From NCBI GenBank assembly GCA_944332995.1, contig CALVKR010000002.1, positions 63,100-127,099 on the forward strand: 64,000 bases of DNA, written 5' to 3'. The first letter of the stretch is position 1; every line of letters starts with the position of its first letter. The notes beneath the pieces are model-generated. The model saw nothing but the letters and a program-made list of their open reading frames with translations. It made no database searches and was not told where the DNA came from. Shown here piece after piece: positions 47,802-56,443 of the stretch. The stretch is from an uncultured Clostridia bacterium. Its GTDB lineage: Bacteria > Bacillota > Clostridia > Christensenellales > CAG-917. The position numbers and the translations under genes are program-made.

Positions 47802-48057
47802 ACTGCACCGCCTTTGATGTTTTTATCAATTTTACATCTTGTTTTAATTTTTTTCAACGAAAAATCCTTCAATTTATTTAAAAATAAATGTCTTTCGTTA
47901 AAATTTGCTCAATTCGGCTTTATTTTATCCATTTTGCACCGTCAAATCATAAGTTTTTTGCCGCACAAAGCGACTCAATCTTTCCCTTATAAACCTTTCA
48001 ATTAACCGAGTAAAGAGTTTAAGCGTCACAAAACCGCTAAAAGACATTTTGCAAATA

Positions 48058-48085
48058 ACAAGTTAGATAAAAAGAACATATCTTA
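48058..48085 (+). promoter_or_regulatory. sigma-K-like promoter candidate upstream of the collagen-like gene
   Basis: AC (48058-59), 17 nt, then CATATCTTA (48077-85). This fits the B. subtilis sigma-K pattern AC-N16-17-CATAnnnTA. The pattern is short and the genome is AT-rich, so chance matches are possible. Confidence 0.3.
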
Positions 48086-48132
48086 TATTAGGTTTTATGT
48101 AGATTACATAACGTCAGGAGGTAAACTTAAAT

Positions 48133-49203
<1,071 letters not shown>

Positions 49204-49242
49204 CAAAACATGCTGTTTGTGTCAGCAACGTTTAAACGAAGG

Positions 49243-49267
49243 TCGGGGACTTTTGTCCCCGATTTTT
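49243..49267 (+). terminator. intrinsic terminator after the collagen-like gene
   Basis: TCGGGGAC-TTTT-GTCCCCGA followed by TTTTT. Confidence 0.7.
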
Positions 49268-49430
49268 CAAAAACTCGGACTACACGGCACCAGGCAAATT
49301 GTTATGGAGCGTCATCCGTTGCACTTTGAGAAAACTTTACAAAGCCGAGTTTTGCGCCAAAGAAATATGCGATTGTTGAAAATAGTTGTTTTAATATACG
49401 GTAGAATATAACGAAAGGTCGGAGGTTTAT

Positions 49431-50540
49431 TTGGAAAAGAAAAGATATAAAATCGTCGTATACGCTATAAGCAAAAACGAAGAAAAATTTGTGGACAGAT
49501 GGATGGATTCTATGTCGGAAGCGGACGAAGTTATCGTTCTCGATACAGGCTCTACCGACAAAACGGTAGATATGTTAAAGGCAAGAGGCGCAACCGTGCA
49601 CATTCAAACGGTAACGCCTTGGCGTTTTGACGTTGCAAGAAATATATCTCTGTCGCTTGTCCCCAACGACGCCGATATTTGCGTATGCACCGATATTGAC
49701 GAGTTTTTCCATAAGGGCTGGCGAAAAATTCTCGAAAATGCCTGGACGGACGACGTCAGCCAAGCACAATACCGATATACCTGGAATTTTACGTCGGACG
49801 GCAAAGAGGGCGTAGTATTTTGGGCGGAAAAAATTCACGCACGGCACGGATTTAAATGGACACATCCCGTGCATGAAATTTTGGAGTGGATATCCCCCTC
49901 GCCTATGGGCAGAAAAATCGCCGTGCAAGGGATACAGCTTGACCATAAAGCGGACGAAACGAAATCGAGGGCGCAGTATCTGCCTTTGCTTGAAATGTCC
50001 GTGGCGGAGGACCCCGACGACGACAGAAATATGCACTATCTGGGCAGAGAATATATGTTTAAAGGCAGATGGGAAGACTGTATAAAGACGCTCAAAAAAC
50101 ACCTTGCAATGCCCAAAGCAACTTGGAAAGACGAAAGGGCTTCCTCTATGCGGTTTATAGCAAAGTCGTATTTAATGCTAAAAAATGCAGAAGAAGCAAA
50201 AATCTGGTATATGAAATCCATTTGCGAGGCACCGCATTTAAGAGAGCCATATTGCGATATGGCAACGGCGTTGTATACCGTCGAGGAATGGGAAGGAGTT
50301 ATATATTTTATCAAATGCGCCCTCAAAATAAAGGAGCGGCCAAAGACCTATATAAACGAGGAATCCGCATGGGGGAGCCTGCCCTACGACCTGCTTTCGA
50401 TTGCATATTACAAAACAGGAAACTTTGCGGAGGCGCTTGAAAGCGCAAAAAAGGCGCTGGAATATTCGCCGAACGACTCAAGAATAAAAAACAACGTAAA
50501 GTATATTGAAACGGCGCTGCAAAAAATCGAAAAAGGATAA
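49431..50540 (+). CDS. family-2 glycosyltransferase with a C-terminal TPR region
   Basis: N-terminus IVVYAISKNEEKFVDRWMDSM...VLDTGSTD...CTDIDE (GT-A fold with a DxD-like motif). The C-terminal half has TPR-like repeats (YLGREYMFKGRWEDCIKTLKKHL, YYKTGNFAEALESAKKALEYSPND). TTG start 5 nt after GGAGG. Confidence 0.75.
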   Translation: MEKKRYKIVVYAISKNEEKFVDRWMDSMSEADEVIVLDTGSTDKTVDMLKARGATVHIQTVTPWRFDVARNISLSLVPNDADICVCTDIDEFFHKGWRKILENAWTDDVSQAQYRYTWNFTSDGKEGVVFWAEKIHARHGFKWTHPVHEILEWISPSPMGRKIAVQGIQLDHKADETKSRAQYLPLLEMSVAEDPDDDRNMHYLGREYMFKGRWEDCIKTLKKHLAMPKATWKDERASSMRFIAKSYLMLKNAEEAKIWYMKSICEAPHLREPYCDMATALYTVEEWEGVIYFIKCALKIKERPKTYINEESAWGSLPYDLLSIAYYKTGNFAEALESAKKALEYSPNDSRIKNNVKYIETALQKIEKG

Positions 50541-50544
50541 AAAT

Positions 50545-50574
50545 AAAAACACCGCTTTTAGCGGTGCTTTCTTT
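50545..50574. terminator. bidirectional terminator between the glycosyltransferase gene (+) and the tRNA operon (-)
   Basis: CACCGC-TTTTA-GCGGTG hairpin with an A-run on the left and a T-rich run on the right. Confidence 0.6.
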
Positions 50575-50659
<85 letters not shown>

Positions 50660-50663
50660 AAAG

Positions 50664-50739
50664 TGGAGCTGGTGATCGGAATCGAACCAACAACCTGCTG
50701 ATTACAAATCAGCTGCTCTGCCAATTGAGCTACACCAGC
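50664..50739 (-). tRNA. tRNA-Thr (TGT)
   Basis: Reverse complement is GCTGGTGTAGCTCAATTGGCAGAGCAGCTGATTTGTAATCAGCAGGTTGTTGGTTCGATTCCGATCACCAGCTCCA. Confidence 0.95.
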
Positions 50740-50749
50740 GGATATAAAT

Positions 50750-50825
50750 TGGTGCCTTGGGGCGGAATCGAACCACCGACACAGGGATTTTCAGTCCCTT
50801 GCTCTACCGACTGAGCTACCAAGGC
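50750..50825 (-). tRNA. tRNA-Phe (GAA)
   Basis: Reverse complement is GCCTTGGTAGCTCAGTCGGTAGAGCAAGGGACTGAAAATCCCTGTGTCGGTGGTTCGATTCCGCCCCAAGGCACCA. Confidence 0.95.
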
Positions 50826-50834
50826 ATTTTTGGG

Positions 50835-50866
50835 TCACGGCAAAGAGTAAAAACTCTTTGCCGTGA
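50835..50866. other. perfect 13-bp stem-loop in the tRNA-Asp/tRNA-Phe spacer
   Basis: TCACGGCAAAGAG-TAAAAA-CTCTTTGCCGTGA. A T-run follows only on the plus strand. Confidence 0.8.
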
Positions 50867-50869
50867 TTT

Positions 50870-50946
50870 TGGCGATTCGGAAGGGACTCGAACCCTCGAC
50901 CTCCAGCGTGACAGGCTGGCGTACTAACCATCTGTACTACCGAACC
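50870..50946 (-). tRNA. tRNA-Asp (GTC)
   Basis: Reverse complement is GGTTCGGTAGTACAGATGGTTAGTACGCCAGCCTGTCACGCTGGAGGTCGAGGGTTCGAGTCCCTTCCGAATCGCCA. Confidence 0.95.
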
Positions 50947-50993
50947 ATAACTTATAACGCTAATGCGTTGTTAGTTGATGTATTTATTTGTTT

Positions 50994-51070
50994 TGGTGGG
51001 CCTTCACGGACTCGAACCGCGGACCAATCGGTTATGAGCCGACCGCTCTAACCAACTGAGCTAAAGGCCC
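50994..51070 (-). tRNA. tRNA with CAT anticodon (elongator Met or lysidine-modified Ile2; not initiator-like)
   Basis: Reverse complement is GGGCCTTTAGCTCAGTTGGTTAGAGCGGTCGGCTCATAACCGATTGGTCCGCGGTTCGAGTCCGTGAAGGCCCACCA. It lacks the three G-C pairs in the anticodon stem that mark initiator tRNA. Confidence 0.9.
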
Positions 51071-51093
51071 GAGAAAATGTTTGTGTGGCGCGT

Positions 51094-51170
51094 TGGTTGG
51101 GGTGACAGGATTTGAACCTGCGACGTTCTGCTCCCAAAGCAGACGCTCTACCAAGCTGAGCCACACCCCA
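51094..51170 (-). tRNA. tRNA-Pro (TGG)
   Basis: Reverse complement is TGGGGTGTGGCTCAGCTTGGTAGAGCGTCTGCTTTGGGAGCAGAACGTCGCAGGTTCAAATCCTGTCACCCCAACCA. Confidence 0.95.
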
Positions 51171-51196
51171 GTGTGTCTCATTTTCGCGACTGTTAA

Positions 51197-51225
51197 AATA
51201 TACAATATAAAAAGCGCTTTGTCAA
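51197..51225 (-). promoter_or_regulatory. sigma-A-type promoter of the six-tRNA operon
   Basis: Minus strand: TTGACA (51220-25), 17 nt, TATATT (51197-202), about 25 nt upstream of tRNA-Pro. Confidence 0.5.
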
Positions 51226-51563
51226 CTAAAAGATAGACGAAAAAACTAATTTTTTTTACATTATTCCATATTTATTTAAATGCATACGGCAAGCGCATTG
51301 CTATATGCCGCTATATAAATTCGCACCCTGTCTGTAACAAAAACAGGTTGAGATATCCTGTTGAGATATCCTTTAGTTTAGCTATAGTTATACTTTGCTC
51401 GGTTATTTAATCTATGGAAATATAATCCGCCCCAATTCCCCCTTCACTTTTAAGTTTTTTATATTTAAGCCGAAAAATTTTCCTTGCCATCCTACCGCCG
51501 ACGTCGCAAAAAAGATTATTTATTTTCACACTGTCGTATTTTGCGAATTGTTTTAAAAAAACA

Positions 51564-51592
51564 TTGATTTAATAGAGGGTGTGTGATAAAAT
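51564..51592 (+). promoter_or_regulatory. sigma-A-type promoter (extended -10) of the lrp-aminotransferase operon
   Basis: TTGATT (51564-69), 17 nt ending in TGa, TAAAAT (51587-92). Confidence 0.5.
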
Positions 51593-51615
51593 TATACACA
51601 ATCAGGAGGCAAGTT

Positions 51616-52104
51616 ATGGACAAACTGCAAAAAGATATTATCAATTTACTGACCGACGACGCAAGATATACCGTAAAGAAAATCGCTCAGATTTTAAACG
51701 AAAAAGAGGATAAAATCGAAAGCATAATCGACGATATGGAAAAAAGCGGCGTCATTGTAAAATATACGACGATAATCAATTCGGAAGAATATACCGACGA
51801 CAACGTTCAGGCACTCATTGAAGTGAGGGTGACGCCCGAACCGTCCAAAGGTTTTGAAGCAATAGCGGAAGAAATTGCGTCATTCGACGAAGTGGATTCC
51901 ATTTACCTTATGAGCGGCGGCTATGATTTTTGCGTTATCCTCAAGGGCAAATCTTTAAGACAGGTTGCTATGTTCGTATCCGAAAGGCTTTCCACGCTTG
52001 GCGGGGTCATTTCAACGGCAACGCACTTTATACTGAAAAAATACAAGATTGACGGGGTCAAACTTTCCGCCGATTCGGAACGCAGGATGGCTGTCGGCGC
52101 ATGA
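51616..52104 (+). CDS. Lrp/AsnC family transcriptional regulator (AlaR-like context)
   Basis: MDKLQKDIINLLTDDARYTVKKIAQIL (HTH_AsnC) followed by a RAM-like domain. ATG at 51616 follows AGGAGG. 4-nt overlap with the aminotransferase gene, as in B. subtilis alaR-alaT. Confidence 0.85.
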   Translation: MDKLQKDIINLLTDDARYTVKKIAQILNEKEDKIESIIDDMEKSGVIVKYTTIINSEEYTDDNVQALIEVRVTPEPSKGFEAIAEEIASFDEVDSIYLMSGGYDFCVILKGKSLRQVAMFVSERLSTLGGVISTATHFILKKYKIDGVKLSADSERRMAVGA

Positions 52105-53282
52105 TAGATTACGATAAAATTCTGACGGAAAAGGTGAAAAATCTCAAACCGTCGGGAATAAGAAAATTTTTCGATATTGTTACCGAAATTAAGGGAGCTA
52201 TCTCGCTCGGCGTGGGAGAGCCCGATTTTATTACGCCCTGGTCGATGCGTAACGAAGCGATAAAGAGCATACAAAAAGGCTACACTCAATACACATCCAA
52301 TTCGGGAATACCAAAGCTGAGAGAATTGATAAGCGAATATATCGAATACACGCAAAAGATAAGCTACTGCCCTAAAGACGAAATACTCGTCACGGTTGGA
52401 GCAAGCGAAGCCATCGATTTGTCGCTAAGAGCAATGCTGAACCCCGGTGACGAGGTGCTCGTCCCCGACCCGTCATACGTTTCATACGTTCCTTGTATAG
52501 AACTGAACAACGCAAAGGCGGTGCCCGTGAAGTGCACGGCGGATAACGGTTTTATCCTCACTCCCGATGCGCTTGAAGCGGCAATAACTCCTAAATCGAA
52601 AGTGTTGATATTACCCTATCCCAACAATCCTACGGGCGGCATAATGACAAAGCAACAGCTCGAGCAAATAGCCCCCGTCATTTTGAAACACAACCTTGTT
52701 GTCGTATCGGATGAAATTTACAGCGACCTTACCTATGAAGGCAAGCACTGCTCTATCGCCACGCTCAAAGATATGAAAGAGCGCACCATTTTGATAAACG
52801 GTTTTTCTAAATCGTTTGCTATGACCGGTTGGCGACTCGGCTTTATGTGCGCTCCGAAAGAACTAATAGCGGGCATTAAAAAAATTCATCAATACACGAT
52901 AATGTGCGCCCCGACGGCAAGTCAATACGCCGCAATCGCCGCCCTCAGCGAGGGGCTTGAAGACGATTTCAATTCCGTCACCTTAATGAGAGAGGAATAC
53001 AACAAACGCCGCAGATTTTTGCTTTCCAGATTGAACGATATGGGTCTTGACTGTTTTGAACCTAAAGGCGCTTTTTACGTGTTTCCGTCCGTAAAAACAA
53101 CGGGTCTTGACGGCGACGAGTTTTCACTCAAACTGCTCGAAAAGCAAAAGGTTGCAGTCGTTCCCGGCTCGGCGTTCGGCGAAAGCGGAAAAGACTTTGT
53201 AAGAATAAGCTATGCCTATTCAATTAAGGCTATAGACGAAGCCTTAGACAGAATAGAAAAGTTTTTAAAAGAAATAAAATAA
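52101..53282 (+). CDS. pyridoxal-phosphate-dependent aminotransferase, class I/II (AlaT/AspC-like)
   Basis: ISLGVGEPDF, YPNNPTG and FSKSFAMTGWRLG (PLP-Lys) motifs. Confidence 0.85.
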   Translation: MIDYDKILTEKVKNLKPSGIRKFFDIVTEIKGAISLGVGEPDFITPWSMRNEAIKSIQKGYTQYTSNSGIPKLRELISEYIEYTQKISYCPKDEILVTVGASEAIDLSLRAMLNPGDEVLVPDPSYVSYVPCIELNNAKAVPVKCTADNGFILTPDALEAAITPKSKVLILPYPNNPTGGIMTKQQLEQIAPVILKHNLVVVSDEIYSDLTYEGKHCSIATLKDMKERTILINGFSKSFAMTGWRLGFMCAPKELIAGIKKIHQYTIMCAPTASQYAAIAALSEGLEDDFNSVTLMREEYNKRRRFLLSRLNDMGLDCFEPKGAFYVFPSVKTTGLDGDEFSLKLLEKQKVAVVPGSAFGESGKDFVRISYAYSIKAIDEALDRIEKFLKEIK

Positions 53283-53289
53283 AAAGAAA

Positions 53290-53314
53290 AAGCGGTTGTT
53301 TTACACCGCTTTTT
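53290..53314 (+). terminator. intrinsic terminator after the aminotransferase gene
   Basis: AGCGGT-TGTTTTAC-ACCGCT followed by TTTTTT. Confidence 0.7.
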
Positions 53315-53499
53315 TACTAAGGGATTTGTTTGACGGATTTACTTTGGTGTTTGCTTTGACGGTTTTTTCTATGTAAAAAAAAGGTACTATGCTCATCGGC
53401 TCAAGCAAACGCCCTGTTGACAAATTTATCCACTGTGTTATACTAAAATATATTAAACTAAAAACAAACTAAACAAAAAATTTAAATTCGGAGAGACCT

Positions 53500-54711
53500 A
53501 TGAAAAAATTTAAACTTCCCCTTTTATTATTGGCTGTATGTTTAATCGTATGCCTTATAGGCGTTATGGCGGCTTGCAACGGCGAAACGACAACAGACGG
53601 CACGCAGGACAATACAGACCCTATCCTCCCCTCACCGCCCGAGGAAGAGGAGCCCGAACAGACCGTAGAGGAGCTTAGCAAAGCAGAGTGTGAAAGCATA
53701 TTGCAAGCCAAAACCGAAAACCTTTTGTCCTCTGTGGAAGTTGCAAACAAGCACGAGATAGAGTTTTTAAAAAGTGCGGATTTCTCTGCCGACATCACCG
53801 TTTCCGCCGTTGAGATAACCCAAACAGATTTGGCAAGTGGCAACGTGACGGGCACCTGCACCATGACGGACGCAGACGGCGCATTGCACAGCGTATATTT
53901 TGTTTTGAAAACCAACCTCTTTTCCATAGACAGAACAAGCTACGAAGTTTTAAAGGAAGAGCTTGCCTATTTAAACGCCTACTACGTCTCCGTATATGAA
54001 AATAGCGAGGATATACCTGCCACAGACGGCTTTTTTGATTTCAATTCCCTCGTAGCAGGCGAAACAGTCCCCTCACCCCTCACCGAGGAAGACTATAAAG
54101 AGCAATGCACGGAAATTATAAATGCTATTGCTTTATTTGATTTAAATGTTTTAAGCAATAAATATACAACCGTATCTGGCTTAACCACTAGCAAAATTAA
54201 TACATTTAACGGAGTCATATTTGGGAATGCAACTATTACAATGTCTTTGGGGACGAGTAGCCGCTCAATCGTTAAATTTCAAACCAATCTCAATGAATTA
54301 GTCTTAACAAGCTATGAAGCGTTATGCGGAAGTTTATACGGGTTTAAAAGTATAAGTTGGGAATGGATTTCTAACATTCAACCCGAAGTTAGTGCCGAGG
54401 CGTATGCTAACCTCGTCAATTTCGTTATAAGCAATTCAATCGGCTGGGGCCCCGCAGGAACAGATGTCGAAATTTTGAATGTGAGTACGATTGCACCTTT
54501 GTTAGGCACCCCAGGAAGGTCAGGTTGCACAACGTATGTTGTTAAAAACGATAGAATTTATAAAGTTACAGTAACTTCTTCGTCAATAGGCGACCAAGAA
54601 AATCAAATTAAAGATTTTCTAAATGAAGAAAATTTGCAAAGCGGTTATACTAAATTTGAAATAAGCTACGACGACTACTTCTCTTTTGACAGCATAGGCT
54701 CGGCAGGCTAA
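53500..54711 (+). CDS. hypothetical lipoprotein (orphan)
   Basis: Signal peptide with lipobox MKKFKLPLLLLAVCLIVCLIGVMAAC|NG and an acidic/Pro linker. No recognisable domain. Confidence 0.6.
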   Translation: MKKFKLPLLLLAVCLIVCLIGVMAACNGETTTDGTQDNTDPILPSPPEEEEPEQTVEELSKAECESILQAKTENLLSSVEVANKHEIEFLKSADFSADITVSAVEITQTDLASGNVTGTCTMTDADGALHSVYFVLKTNLFSIDRTSYEVLKEELAYLNAYYVSVYENSEDIPATDGFFDFNSLVAGETVPSPLTEEDYKEQCTEIINAIALFDLNVLSNKYTTVSGLTTSKINTFNGVIFGNATITMSLGTSSRSIVKFQTNLNELVLTSYEALCGSLYGFKSISWEWISNIQPEVSAEAYANLVNFVISNSIGWGPAGTDVEILNVSTIAPLLGTPGRSGCTTYVVKNDRIYKVTVTSSSIGDQENQIKDFLNEENLQSGYTKFEISYDDYFSFDSIGSAG

Positions 54712-54717
54712 TGCAAG

Positions 54718-54742
54718 CGGTTTAAAACAGGGCTTTAAACCG
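54718..54742. repeat. perfect 9-bp inverted repeat with a 7-bp spacer (CGGTTTAAA-ACAGGGC-TTTAAACCG)
   Basis: Read directly. It starts 7 bp after the lipoprotein stop and 190 bp upstream of the recombinase gene. No T-run follows. Confidence 0.9.
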
Positions 54743-54931
54743 TATGGCAAACGATAAAAATGACAGACCTCGCACGGCATTGTAACAACTAAAGCCAAAC
54801 TGCAACGCAATAAACGGCAGACGGCTTCACACGGTTAAACGTGGCAAAAAGTAAATAGAGAAGAAACAAAAAAATTAAAACTACTAAAACATAAAAACAA
54901 AGCAAACGTAACAAGGCAAATAAAGGTAAAA

Positions 54932-55984
54932 ATGTCAGATTATTTTAAACAGAGAAAAGCGGACGTGATGGCACGACTTAACGAAATAAAACTTGAGCTT
55001 CCCGAATTTTGCGACGAGTTTTTCGTAGGAATTGCTCAGCAAACCTCCGAGCTTACACGCCTTAATTATGCCTATGACCTGCGCATTTTCTTTTATTATC
55101 TCTCGCATTTTTCAAGACGCTTTAAAGGCAGAAGCGAGCTCGATTATGACGTAGCCGACCTTGAAAAAATCACTATAGTAGATCTTGAAAACTATATCGA
55201 ATGGCTGTCCTCTTACGAATACAACGGCAAACTTTACACCAATGAGGCAAACGGCAAAGCGAGAAAACTTTCTACCATACGCTCATTTTTTAAATACTTT
55301 TTCAACCGAGGAGCAATAGTCGCAAATACTGCGGCAAAAATCAGTATGCCCAAACTTCACGAAAAGGAAATTATCCGTCTCGAGGGCGACGAAGTGGAAA
55401 ATATTTTAAACGTGACGGAATCAGGCGACGGACTGACAAAACAAAGCCTGCACTTTCACGAAAAGACAAGACTCAGAGATATTGCAATCGTCACCCTGCT
55501 GCTTGGCACGGGAATCCGTGTGAGCGAGTGCGTCGGACTAAACCTTGACGATATCGATTTTAACAATCACGCTTTTACCGTTACGAGAAAAGGCGGAAGC
55601 CGGACTATACTTTACTTCGGAAAGGAAGTTGAAGAAGCACTCGGCGCATACGTTTACGACGAAAGACGCAATATCACAGACGCCGTCGATAAAGACGCCC
55701 TGTTTTTATCCTTACAAAAAAAGCGCATTTGCGTCAGAAGCGTTGAAATTCTTGTCAAAAAATATGCGCAGATAATCGCACCTTTAAAGAAAATATCCCC
55801 TCACAAACTGCGTAGCACTTTCGGAACAAACCTATACAGAGAAACAAGGGATATTTATATGGTAGCTTCCGTGCTCGGACACCGTGACGTAAACACGACA
55901 AAAAAACACTATGCCGCAATAAGCGAAGACCACCGCAAGCAAGCCGCAAACCTTATAAAACTGAAAAAAGACGGCGACGAATAA
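54932..55984 (+). CDS. tyrosine site-specific recombinase (XerS/XerC-like)
   Basis: Catalytic signature: R in LLLGTGIRVSEC, HKLRSTF (H-x-x-R), LGHRDVNTTKKHY (H...Y). Length of 350 aa and the N-terminal layout resemble single-recombinase XerS-type enzymes. Confidence 0.85.
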   Translation: MSDYFKQRKADVMARLNEIKLELPEFCDEFFVGIAQQTSELTRLNYAYDLRIFFYYLSHFSRRFKGRSELDYDVADLEKITIVDLENYIEWLSSYEYNGKLYTNEANGKARKLSTIRSFFKYFFNRGAIVANTAAKISMPKLHEKEIIRLEGDEVENILNVTESGDGLTKQSLHFHEKTRLRDIAIVTLLLGTGIRVSECVGLNLDDIDFNNHAFTVTRKGGSRTILYFGKEVEEALGAYVYDERRNITDAVDKDALFLSLQKKRICVRSVEILVKKYAQIIAPLKKISPHKLRSTFGTNLYRETRDIYMVASVLGHRDVNTTKKHYAAISEDHRKQAANLIKLKKDGDE

Positions 55985-56063
55985 TCGCCGTTTTCTTTTA
56001 TCTTTAAACCTTAACACAAAGATTTTTCAAAACGCAAATTTTGTTACCTCGCTTATTTACCTT

Positions 56064-56147
56064 TTTTATATCCCTATATAAGCATTTTATATCCCTATAT
56101 AAGTATTTTATATCACTATATAAGCATTTTGTATCACTATATAGGTC
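56064..56147. repeat. 21-bp tandem repeat x4, each unit with an internal palindrome TTATAT-N4-ATATAA
   Basis: Units at 56064, 56085, 56106 and 56127: TTTTATATCCCTATATAAGCA / ...AAGTA / TTTTATATCACTATATAAGCA / TTTTGTATCACTATATAGGTC. Confidence 0.95.
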
Positions 56148-56407
56148 TTCTTGTTTCCATATATACGCTTTTTAATATCCCGAGCGCAAACATTTTTTAT
56201 GCCGGTTTTTATGCCGGTGTTTTAACCTGTATTTCGCATTTTTTAATATTTAGCTTTAAATTTTAAATCTGCATTTTAATTTTCATATACTTTTTTTGAT
56301 TTTTATATTCTCTTAAAATTCCGACATTTTTGTATGCAACACTTTAAAAATAACGCTTAAAAAGCCGTTGCAAAATTCTCGAAAATGCGCCAAAGTATTA
56401 TAATTTA

Positions 56408-56436
56408 TTGACTTTTGTAAAATAGTTTGCTAATAT
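56408..56436 (+). promoter_or_regulatory. sigma-A-type promoter positioned for a leaderless padR-like mRNA
   Basis: TTGACT (56408-13), 17 nt, TAATAT (56431-36). The ATG at 56444 lies 8 nt after the -10 element and has no SD sequence. Confidence 0.45.
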
Positions 56437-56443
56437 TTGCTAT

